A stretch of DNA of 64,000 bases from Sulfolobales archaeon (GTDB lineage: Archaea > Thermoproteota > Thermoprotei_A > Sulfolobales > AG1): positions 128,001-192,000 of the forward strand of contig JAWBYA010000004.1 of assembly GCA_038867615.1 (NCBI GenBank). Reading direction: 5' to 3'. The position numbers were made by a program, and so were the translations under genes. Under the pieces are notes generated by a model that made no database searches, was not told the DNA's origin, and was given only the letters and a program-made list of their open reading frames with translations. Below are positions 41,379 to 50,375 of the stretch, in pieces. The stretch's first letter is position 1. The number at the start of each line of letters is the position of its first letter.

Positions 41379-42157
41379 TTAAATAAATCCGTCTTTTCAA
41401 GCTTATATATTTTTCTCAAGTTAATAGTTAAACTAAACCTATACATGTAAAAAAAGATTTTATATCTCATCATCGCTACCCCCACCTCAGAGGCAAAATA
41501 ATAAATATAATTTATACCCACATGGCTAAGCCGGGGTTAGGTTTATATTATTGTCAACTATAAAGATCACCAACGCAAACCGCCCAGTCGTAGTGTAACA
41601 AGCGGAGAGAACCTTAGGAACTTGATCTTTGAGATATATATGATTTTAAGCCTACCACTCTTGATCATGTTAATCATTCCACGCAGATCTATATTTCACT
41701 CGCCTCTAAGCTATATATAGCCATGCCTCTAATCTCACCTGCTACGCTTTACCCCCGCTCCCAGCCACCCTCTTGTTTGGAACACATATATTCTTCCTAT
41801 TATGACATCTACAACCATAGAGCCCAAGCATTGAGGCGATGCACCGGTTTCCGAAGCCTAGCTCCATCGATCCTAATAGCCGGCTTTAGATAAAGATGTC
41901 CATGCGGGGGTTCTGGCTTAATAGCAGTTGATTTTTACATCAATCATTCTTCCCCGGTCTCCACCCATTCGAGGTGATCCCGAGCCACACCTCTCCTTCA
42001 TAACATGCTCTGATCAATGATGCGGGAAACCCCCGTATCCCTACAGTAAAATGCATTACGAACTTTCATAAAAACAGAAACAGTTAGCTACGGCTAGAAA
42101 GAGATCCCTAGGTAGGAAACACGCCAAGGGATATTGTAAACATGTGAAGCTTCATCC

Positions 42158-43426
42158 CTATCTTATTCTCATATATCTAGCCTCACCGCCTAGGTAATGC
42201 TCTATCCGCAGTATCTCATTATACTTTGATGTTCTCTCCCCTCTTGCTGGTGCCCCCATTTTTACCAGCTGTGTTTTAAGGCCAACTGCTATATGTGATA
42301 TCGATGTATCCTCGGTATCCCCGCTTCTGTGGCTAGTTATAACAATGACGCCGGATCTCATTGCCTCTTGGGCAAAATCCATTGCTTCTGTGAATGTCCC
42401 TGCCTGGTTTATCTTCATTATAGCTCCTCCAACAGCTCCTGCCTCTATAGCTTTTCTCAGCCTCTCTTTGTTTGTTGAGAGCAGGTCGTCGCCCACTACC
42501 ACAGTTTTCCCTAACCTTTTCCTCAGATCTGTGAAGCCCTCCAGATCGTTCTCTTCAAGGGGATCTTCTATCGATAACAATGGATATCTCGACGATAGAT
42601 CCACTATTAGATCTATCATCCCGCCTTTGGAAAGGCGCTTGCCATCAACGAGGTAGAAACCATCACTATAGATCTGCGACGCTGCTATGTCGAGCGCGAG
42701 ATATATATCACCCCCACATCTATACCCACTCTTCGAGATGGCTTTCTCAAGCATGTCAAGAGCCTCATAGATACTCCTCATCGGGGGCGCGAAGCCGCCT
42801 TCATCACCAACATTTATACTGCTCTTCCCATACTTCTCCTTCAAAAGATCCTTGAGTGTTTTGTAAACCTCAGCACCAGCTCTCAAAGCCTCTGAAAAGC
42901 TATCAAACCCTGTAGGGACTATCAGGAATTCTTGGAACGATAGCTCATTACCAGCATGGGCACCACCGTTTATCAAGTTCATCATGGGCACTGGGATCTC
43001 TCTAGCCGATAGCCCGCCTATGTAAGCATATAGGGGCATGCCAGCGGTGTCAGCAGCCGCCTTGAGGTTGGCAAGGCTTACTGCTGTTGTTGCATTGCCG
43101 CCTAGTCTCGATTTATTCGGCGTTCCATCGATCTGTATGAGCTTTTGATCTATATCCCTCTGCATTCTAGAGTCAAGCCCTACTAGAGCTGGTGCTACAT
43201 ATCTCCTAACATTATCCACAGCCCTTAGCACAGATCTACCCTTATAGATCTTTGGATCCCCATCCCTCAGTTCATAAGCTTCAAAAGAGCTTCTAGAAGC
43301 CCCCGAGGGCGATATAGCCCTACCAACACCCCTCCTAGTCTTAACAATAGCCTCTACCGTAGGATCCCCTCTGGAGTCGAGAACCTGGATAGCATCTATA
43401 TATTCAATTGCATAGATATTCTCCAT
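42158..43426 (-). CDS. eno: Enolase
   Basis: LDSRGDPTVE, SGAS, GDEGGFAP, SIEDP, SHRSGDTED, RGERTSKYN. Confidence 0.96.
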   Translation of the reverse strand: MENIYAIEYIDAIQVLDSRGDPTVEAIVKTRRGVGRAISPSGASRSSFEAYELRDGDPKIYKGRSVLRAVDNVRRYVAPALVGLDSRMQRDIDQKLIQIDGTPNKSRLGGNATTAVSLANLKAAADTAGMPLYAYIGGLSAREIPVPMMNLINGGAHAGNELSFQEFLIVPTGFDSFSEALRAGAEVYKTLKDLLKEKYGKSSINVGDEGGFAPPMRSIYEALDMLEKAISKSGYRCGGDIYLALDIAASQIYSDGFYLVDGKRLSKGGMIDLIVDLSSRYPLLSIEDPLEENDLEGFTDLRKRLGKTVVVGDDLLSTNKERLRKAIEAGAVGGAIMKINQAGTFTEAMDFAQEAMRSGVIVITSHRSGDTEDTSISHIAVGLKTQLVKMGAPARGERTSKYNEILRIEHYLGGEARYMRIR

Positions 43427-43470
43427 CTCCAAATAACACACCAACAGGATTATTCGTAACAGCTTTTATA

Positions 43471-43660
43471 CCGTTAGTCCCTGGAAGTTCATCCCAGTCA
43501 TTTGTTTTCATGGCCACATCCACAGATCTCCACACCGCCCGCAGGATCTCTATCACTGTTGGTTCACGGGCTGCTCTTTAGCCAAACCGTGCGTGGATCC
43601 CATTAGAGATCACCCCCTGGGCGGCTTAGAACGCTGTTCCCATCACCACCCAGGGTCTCT
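43471..43660 (-). mobile_element. Non-autonomous IS200/IS605-like element; copy 2
   Basis: Colinear with 9243-9440 (TTCATGG.CACATCCA, CAGGATCTC, TGGTTCA.GGGC, AGCCAAAC, GGCTTAGA). Confidence 0.6.
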
Positions 43661-43957
43661 GAATATGGGTCATAGCATGACGCAATATCCCTATACTTCT
43701 TCTCATCACCATCAGAATAAACATAGCTCTTTTGCCGTTATACTTTATTTCTACCTACTTTGACGAAAAACCGTGAGACGAGAGAGTCTCTGAGAGCAAC
43801 TAGTGTTGAGCATACTACCTGCTATTAAGCTTGGAGCATCTATGCAACGATCTCTATATAGGTAGTGCTGAGGCTGGTAATATATGCCATGTGTTACGCA
43901 TTGATCTTGTGTGAAAGAATATTAGGCTTCAGATCATATCCTCTATAGGGATAGGCT

Positions 43958-44512
43958 ATGAGGAGGAGAAAATCTATATTTGATATATTTGATGAACTGA
44001 TTAGAGAGATAGACAGGGAAATCTATGAGGAATTCATGGATCTCCAGAGAAGGTTCATGTCAGAAATGAGAGAGCTATCAGAAGAGGTGGAGAGGCAGGG
44101 CTCCCCAAAACGATTCGTCTATGGGTTTAGGATAACAATAGGCCCAGATGGTATCCCAAGGGTTGAGAGGTTTGGAAACGTGAGGAGACAGCCTGTGAGA
44201 GAGGGTGCACAGATTAGAGAAATAGGTTACTCAGAGGAAGTAGAACCTCTTGTCGATATATATGAGGATGCCGACATGGTAACAGTTGTTGCCGAAATGC
44301 CAGGAGTTGAGAAGGATAAGATAAAGGTAAGGGCTGTTGACAGGAAACTAATTATAGAAGCTAAGAACGGCAAAAAGTACTATAAAGAGGTAGAACTACC
44401 AACAGAGGTAGACATGGATAGCGCCAAAGCCAGCTATAAGAACGGTGTCCTCGAGGTTAAGCTTAAAAAGCTGAAGAAAGAGGAGAAGGGTAAAGAAATA
44501 CATATAGAATAA
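43958..44512 (+). CDS. hsp20: Archaeal small heat-shock protein Hsp20
   Basis: YGFRITIGPDG, EPLVD, AEMPGVEK, YKNGVLEV. Confidence 0.93.
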   Translation: MRRRKSIFDIFDELIREIDREIYEEFMDLQRRFMSEMRELSEEVERQGSPKRFVYGFRITIGPDGIPRVERFGNVRRQPVREGAQIREIGYSEEVEPLVDIYEDADMVTVVAEMPGVEKDKIKVRAVDRKLIIEAKNGKKYYKEVELPTEVDMDSAKASYKNGVLEVKLKKLKKEEKGKEIHIE

Positions 44513-44684
44513 CTATCGCTCGCGAATCATCAACTAATGTGTTTTCTACCACCACATCCTCTCGCTTGTAGAGCGTATCAAAGGTAAGGTACTGTTGAGA
44601 ATCCATCTGGATACGGACACTAAGAACAAAGCAGAACACGGCTAGAATCGGCTAGTCAAAAACAAGAGGCACTGCCTATCGATG

Positions 44685-45626
44685 TTACACCAAAACTAGA
44701 TGCTCTTCCGAGAAACCGCTAAAGCCCTCGAGATCTAGTCTATATGCTGCCGCATATGCATTATAATATGGTGCCCCTTTTCTGGAGAATACTGTTAGAA
44801 CCCGTGCCCCGTGGTTAAGCTTGTACCCTTCCCACACGGCTTCATGTCCTCGTACTATTATCTTCACACCGGTTTTCTTGATGAACTCATTTGTTATCAC
44901 ACTACCCCAGAGGAAACCTGCGCCCCTTGGCGATGGTACATAGTCTATATCAGGATCTTCTGTTGGGTCGTTCCACAGGATCTCCTCCAAAGTCCTCTCG
45001 TTATGATCAGCGTCTAGAATGCATCTAAAATCAGACCAACAGCTTGTGGTTGATAGAACCGGTATTCCTCCGTGAAGGAATACTACTGTATCTCTATATA
45101 TCGCGGCATATGGAAGCAGATCAAATATCCCTCTGGAAACCCTATATATCTCATCGCCCTCACCACCATATATAGCCCTAAGGATCTCTGGATAATCATG
45201 GGGGTACACGGGGAGAAAATCGGGAGGCTCATGATTACCCCTGAGGGTTATCACATTCCCTCTATATCTTTTTTTAAGCAGCGCTATGAATAGCATTGTT
45301 TCAAGCTGCTTACTCCCCCTATCCACATAATCACCAAGGAATATTAGAAGCCCGTTGCTCTCAAGGATCTTCTCTATGTTCACATAACTAAGCAACTGGA
45401 TCAACGTATCCAGGTCGCCGTGTATGTCACCTATAACAACTGCTTCGCGGTGTCTCCGAGGCTCTATCTCAACCAAACCTCTAGGCCTGCTTCTCGTCAC
45501 AAGCTCCTCTTTCAACAAATCTCTAAAGCTCATTAAAACCACCATAACGTCTCCAGGCCTCCCTACAAGACCCATTACCTCTTTCTCCAGACTCTGCAGC
45601 ATTTCCCACACCGTATTATGGAGCAT
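44685..45626 (-). CDS. PPP-family Ser/Thr protein phosphatase (metallophosphoesterase)
   Basis: GDIHG, GDYVDRG, RGNHE, HGG, LWNDP, RGHE. Confidence 0.9.
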   Translation of the reverse strand: MLHNTVWEMLQSLEKEVMGLVGRPGDVMVVLMSFRDLLKEELVTRSRPRGLVEIEPRRHREAVVIGDIHGDLDTLIQLLSYVNIEKILESNGLLIFLGDYVDRGSKQLETMLFIALLKKRYRGNVITLRGNHEPPDFLPVYPHDYPEILRAIYGGEGDEIYRVSRGIFDLLPYAAIYRDTVVFLHGGIPVLSTTSCWSDFRCILDADHNERTLEEILWNDPTEDPDIDYVPSPRGAGFLWGSVITNEFIKKTGVKIIVRGHEAVWEGYKLNHGARVLTVFSRKGAPYYNAYAAAYRLDLEGFSGFSEEHLVLV

Positions 45627-46186
45627 CCCAAAGGTATATTTGTTTGAAGCTCAAGCTCCATGCAATTTGATCATACATAATACCAGCCTCCTATCAACCC
45701 ATCCGAGATACACGGAACCTGATCTGCGATCCTCACATCTAACTACCTGGTTTATCATCTCGGGATAAATGATTATTATTTATTTACTAACCTATATCAC
45801 GGAACCAAACCCTCGCAGTTTTGTTCTCGGGTGTTTGTTGATATTCTTTAATATACTCCTGGTCGCGGAGATCTCTTTATACTCGGGTCAAACTATTTAT
45901 TGTGGATCAACTATTATAGGATTCCCATACACTAAGAGATCGTCATTCAAAAGGCTTGGAACCTGTTCCAGTCACTACCTAGGATCTATACTGAAAACGA
46001 TAAATCAAAGCAGGATCCATGCAAATATTCTCTAGAACGTCAACGAGGGAGAAGATCCTTATCTATGATTATGACCATGTTTTCCAAAAACTATAACGAT
46101 CTCTAAGGAGCAGCTTTTCAAACATGCCAATATAATATATTATCAACACCACCAAACGATATTGATCCTCTGGATGATGATAAAAT

Positions 46187-46240
46187 GCTCAGACCTCACA
46201 CGGCTCTTCATTGGTCAGAACCGAAGTCGCTCATCACCAT
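46187..46240 (-). ncRNA. Box C/D methylation guide sRNA
   Basis: Minus strand: GTGATGA (C) GCGACTTCGGTT CTGA (D') CCA ATGAAGA (C') GCCGTGTGAGGT CTGA (D); two 12-nt guides. Confidence 0.88.
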
Positions 46241-46280
46241 TAACATTATTATCCTGCCAGAATAAATTTAGAAACTAGGC

Positions 46281-47159
46281 ATGATGAGAACCAAGCTCAG
46301 ATGTGCTAGGTGCGGCAAGAGTGCGGTGTATCTCGCAAGAACATCTGGGGAGCCTCTATGCTTAAGATGCCTTGAGAAGAGCCTTGTGAAAAGTGTTAGG
46401 AGAGTCCTTGGGAAATATGCTAAGCTAGCCCCAGGCACGCCTATCATCGTGGCAGAACCCTTAATTGCTAAACCGTGGCTTTGCTCCTCATACAAGATTC
46501 TATTGAAGGCTGTTAGGAGCCATAGAAATAGAATAGTTGTGATTGGGTATGGAGGCGAATGTCCTGCCCATGATCGCATAGATCGTGTTATATGGCTAGG
46601 CAGAGAGGAGATCTTAGAGGCCTGTAAGCATCATAACAACCAACATGATAGAGCTACTTGCCTCTATAGGGCTGAATACCTCTCAGGAACCATGGTAGCT
46701 GAGAAGCTAGGTATAAATACAGTACTTCTTATGAGGCCGAGGGATTTGTGCTCATTAATAGGGGTAGTTGGCATCATAGCAATGAGCCTGTCTCTGGCTG
46801 TTGAATCACTCCCATTTAGGAGAACGCATACCGGGATCCAGGTTATCAATCCTCTCTATGGAGTTGGTTCTCAAGATCTGATCGCACATGCTTTTTCCCT
46901 AAACCTCGTTAAAGAGGATCTCTCATGCAACTCTACATTAGATCTCGAGGGACTCCCGGGCTATACCGATATACAGTCAATATATATGCACTCAAGCGAG
47001 ATGATATATAGCTCTTCAGAGGCTATTAGAGAGATCTTCGATAAAATACCGGGACCCAAGTGTCCTTTATGCAACACACCAACTGAGGGGGGTGGTTATT
47101 GCTATATATGTTCATCTCTCCTTCCTCTTCTTAAGAAGCTCCTTGACACTACTAGATAG
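46281..47159 (+). CDS. TtuA/Ncs6-like protein lacking the PP-loop motif
   Basis: N-terminal CxxC..SGEPLCxxC..VRR and C-terminal CPLC..CYIC zinc fingers as in TtuA/Ncs6; no SGGKDS. Confidence 0.6.
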   Translation: MMRTKLRCARCGKSAVYLARTSGEPLCLRCLEKSLVKSVRRVLGKYAKLAPGTPIIVAEPLIAKPWLCSSYKILLKAVRSHRNRIVVIGYGGECPAHDRIDRVIWLGREEILEACKHHNNQHDRATCLYRAEYLSGTMVAEKLGINTVLLMRPRDLCSLIGVVGIIAMSLSLAVESLPFRRTHTGIQVINPLYGVGSQDLIAHAFSLNLVKEDLSCNSTLDLEGLPGYTDIQSIYMHSSEMIYSSSEAIREIFDKIPGPKCPLCNTPTEGGGYCYICSSLLPLLKKLLDTTR

Positions 47160-47375
47160 GTTTATACATCCAGCACCCTTCTCCAATATATTTTTCTTTA
47201 TCAGGGAATCAATAACCCTAAGAGGATCATTGATCCTGTGTATCAGCTTGAGCTCCTTCACAGCAAGTATCTCCCCCACGGAGAGATTCTTCCTGAAATA
47301 CTCGAACACAACACGTTCCTCATGATCCAGGCTCTCTAATATTCTCTCCAACTCTGAAGACACAACCGCCCCCAC
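47112..47375 (-). CDS. PolB1-binding protein PBP2 family
   Basis: YF..N.SVGEILA.KEL......DP..VI..LI.K..LE.G.GC.N pattern. Confidence 0.72.
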   Translation of the reverse strand: MGAVVSSELERILESLDHEERVVFEYFRKNLSVGEILAVKELKLIHRINDPLRVIDSLIKKNILEKGAGCINLSSSVKELLKKRKER

Positions 47376-47504
47376 ATTAATATTAATGAATTGTAGTTAT
47401 TTTATATGAGCCGGAGAACACGACGATAAGCTAAATGATTCGAAAAATAATATTTAAAAGCTTATTAACAAAAATTCTTATTGATAGATAGTGGTGTGTA
47501 ATAC

Positions 47505-47957
47505 ATGTCGGAAGTAGACGAAAAAGATCTAAAAATATTGGAGGTACTCCAAGAAGAGGGTGGCATAACATTCGTGGAACTGGGAAAAAGGCTTAACATG
47601 AGCCCCTCAACAGCCTATATACGGGTTAGAAGGCTCAAACAAATGGGGCTTATAAAGAAAGTGGTATCGATAATAGATTACCAGAGACTAGGCTATAAGG
47701 TAAGAGCCTTCATATTTGTTAAAGTGGAGCCTAAGAAGCTTGAACAAGTTGCTAAAGAACTATCGGAGGTAGATAATATATTACAGATCCAGGATATAAC
47801 GGGAGAGCCTTCCCTACTAGTACAAGTTATAGCAAGGGATAACGAACACCTAGCACAGATACTCGATCACATAGGCAAGATAGAGGGAGTCTTGTCGACA
47901 AACACTATGATAGCCCTGAGAACCCTTAAGGAAAGCTATAGGATAAAGCTAACGTGA
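47505..47957 (+). CDS. Lrp/AsnC-family transcriptional regulator
   Basis: DEKDLKIL..L, HTH, RVRRL...G.I; RAM domain ITG. Confidence 0.92.
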   Translation: MSEVDEKDLKILEVLQEEGGITFVELGKRLNMSPSTAYIRVRRLKQMGLIKKVVSIIDYQRLGYKVRAFIFVKVEPKKLEQVAKELSEVDNILQIQDITGEPSLLVQVIARDNEHLAQILDHIGKIEGVLSTNTMIALRTLKESYRIKLT

Positions 47958-48047
47958 TGCAAAGGCCTAAACCCTTTTTAGCCTCAAGACCCCTGTCATC
48001 TGGATATGGATATTGCTGCTTAGCGTTCTAAGCGGTTAAAAGCAATC

Positions 48048-48590
48048 CTACCTAAACTCGAATTTTATCCTCTCGTATCCCGGTGCTGTGTCGCCCCTGC
48101 TTCCCCTAATTACTATAACATTACCTATGATAGTTACCTCCCCGCCCATTATAACCTCTATTATTCTCGAAGATCTCGGAAAAACCCAGTATGCCGAGTA
48201 ATCATACTCAAATACGTCGGGTTCGTATCTATTCTCATAAACATTAATCCCCCTTCTAATCTCAGCCTCAATAAGTATTAGGAACGCTATAAAGGGTCTA
48301 CCCAGATCCCCCCTGAACCCTATATCGGTAAAGACCACCTCTGGCCTGGCTGGCGAGCCGTTAACCGTGGTCTCTTCCTCGTCTAGGTATTCCTGCATGT
48401 TGCCCATCAACTTCTCGATCTCCTCCCTCTTTAGATCATAGTTGCCCAGGATCTCTCTGTAATACCCCATAGGATCTATATAGTCGAAGATAAGCGTATA
48501 CGCTATACCGCTTCTGGATACATTAAACACAGCTGTAGCATATACAGGCTTAACCATTTTTGACGCTATCTCTAACTCCTCTTTACCCAT
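48048..48590 (-). CDS. Conserved hypothetical protein
   Basis: Overlaps the methyltransferase stop; host-like codon usage. Confidence 0.7.
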   Translation of the reverse strand: MGKEELEIASKMVKPVYATAVFNVSRSGIAYTLIFDYIDPMGYYREILGNYDLKREEIEKLMGNMQEYLDEEETTVNGSPARPEVVFTDIGFRGDLGRPFIAFLILIEAEIRRGINVYENRYEPDVFEYDYSAYWVFPRSSRIIEVIMGGEVTIIGNVIVIRGSRGDTAPGYERIKFEFR

Positions 48591-49429
48591 ATGTCGAGCA
48601 CCACCTGGTATTTTCTTGGACCAACGCTGCGTACTATCCTTCTACCCTCTATGCTATATTTAGCCACATCTCTATTACTCTTGATCGTTTCTCTATAGGT
48701 TTTCTCAACCTGCTCCAATGCCTCTAGCTTGTTTCTCGCCTTGGTGAATTCATATACATGTATATATCCCTCCATATCTATAGCCCCCAACGCCTTTGGG
48801 AATGCTTTGAGGGCTAGCTCTGGGAGTGGTAATAAGACTCTCTGCGCGCTATTACTATACCTATCGATTATCTCGAGCGCGTCTCCCTTAATAGGGATAA
48901 CTACTCCCTGAACCTTGTTGAGCTCTATGTTCTCTAGCATTAACCTATATGCTTCTTCGTTAATATCTATAGATATAACCCTAGCTGGTTTCGCGAACTT
49001 TGCTATTATTATTGAGAAGAGACCTGCGCCAGCGAACATATTGATTATATTCTCTCCCGGCTTAACGAGCCTGGCTATTCTTATATGTTCGTAGCTAAGC
49101 CTGGGCGATATGTAGATCCTAGCTATATCTACTTTAAATACACATCCGTGTTCTCTATACAGGGTCTCGGTTCTCTTCTCGCCGGCTAGCCATTCAAGTC
49201 TTCTTAGCCTATAGCTCCCCTCAACGGGGGAAATGGCTGCCCATACTGATTTGAGCCAGTTCAGTTTTTTGAGCATCTCTCCAGCAAGGATCCTTAGATC
49301 CTCTATCTCTATGCTAGGGGGTTTTCTTATAACAGCTATGTCTCCCACAATATCGAGACCGCTCCACACGAGGTTAGCCTTCTCTTCCCCAAGAATCTCT
49401 TTTGCTATCTCTCTAACAAGCCTCACCAT
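48572..49429 (-). CDS. Trm5/Taw2-family tRNA position-37 SAM-dependent transferase
   Basis: DIVGDIAV, YREHGC.F.VD, SPRLSYE, NMFAGAG.F. Confidence 0.85.
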   Translation of the reverse strand: MVRLVREIAKEILGEEKANLVWSGLDIVGDIAVIRKPPSIEIEDLRILAGEMLKKLNWLKSVWAAISPVEGSYRLRRLEWLAGEKRTETLYREHGCVFKVDIARIYISPRLSYEHIRIARLVKPGENIINMFAGAGLFSIIIAKFAKPARVISIDINEEAYRLMLENIELNKVQGVVIPIKGDALEIIDRYSNSAQRVLLPLPELALKAFPKALGAIDMEGYIHVYEFTKARNKLEALEQVEKTYRETIKSNRDVAKYSIEGRRIVRSVGPRKYQVVLDIWVKRS

Positions 49430-49441
49430 ACAGAAGCCCTT

Positions 49442-50104
49442 CTATCCGGGGATCCCCCTCTTAAGATCCTCCAACCTATTTATAAGCTCTCTTTTCGTGA
49501 TAGTCTCCGCTAACAGTACCTCCAGATCCTCTATAGATCTTCTCATAACATCAACCTTATGCCTGAACCCAGGCACTAGGGAGTCTGGGTAATCCAGATA
49601 CTTAACCCAAGAGTATATATCCTTCATTATCTTCACAAAAGCCTCTGCATCCTCCACTCTCCACTCAGCAATGAGGTTAACAGCATGCCTCTTAATCTCA
49701 CCCGTAAGATCTCCTATGGCTAGTAATCTCGCCTCTGGCGGCGCCTCTTCTATGCAATACCTGGCTAGAGAGTCCTCCACCTTTCCACCTATAACTGCTA
49801 AGAGATATATTGCCTCACAATACTCTATGAACGCCTGTAACGGCAGCCCATATCTTATGAGATCCTCCTCATTCTTAGAAACCCTCACCAAGTTCTCTAC
49901 ATGGGATGCACAGCTATTTATCTCTGCAACAGCTTTAGATAGATCCATAGCGTTTAGATAGGTAACAGCCCTGCCCGAGCATCTTATCACTTCCCTTGAC
50001 AGCCTGAAGATCTCCTCCCTAATCCTATCCCTTTTATCTATCATCGCTACTGCACGCTCGATCTCGGATTTTAGCCAGTTAGCAATGCTGGTAGTTTCGC
50101 CCAT
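49442..50104 (-). CDS. Translin/Trax-family protein
   Basis: D..RE....SRE, EY.EA, GDLTGEIKR, RHKVD..R. Confidence 0.8.
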   Translation of the reverse strand: MGETTSIANWLKSEIERAVAMIDKRDRIREEIFRLSREVIRCSGRAVTYLNAMDLSKAVAEINSCASHVENLVRVSKNEEDLIRYGLPLQAFIEYCEAIYLLAVIGGKVEDSLARYCIEEAPPEARLLAIGDLTGEIKRHAVNLIAEWRVEDAEAFVKIMKDIYSWVKYLDYPDSLVPGFRHKVDVMRRSIEDLEVLLAETITKRELINRLEDLKRGIPG

Positions 50105-50375
50105 ACATCTCCTCTGGTAATATATCATACCTCCCTAATCTATATGCTAGATATTTCCAGTAATAGCGTAATCAATCACCCATCATTTTCTGCTAGGTTG
50201 CCTATCTCTTTCTAAGATTTATTGAAGACCTAATCTGCGGATCTAAACTTGAGCCTAGTAGAGACAGAGGATCTTTTCGGAGCTAGGGAATAATCTAAAA
50301 CCCGCAGAGGGGTGGCTAAGGGAAACGCGGTATCTCCTAACACTAAATCAAATCTGCGTGATCATGATGCGAGCT

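Noticed and set aside
41520-42150. 600-bp gap between glutamate synthase and enolase, possible IS or gene remnant
   Set aside because: No recognisable translation, repeat or RNA motif that I can support by eye.
50240-50340. Possible fifth, opposite-orientation fragment of the dispersed element
   Set aside because: The similarity is too short and weak to call without an alignment.
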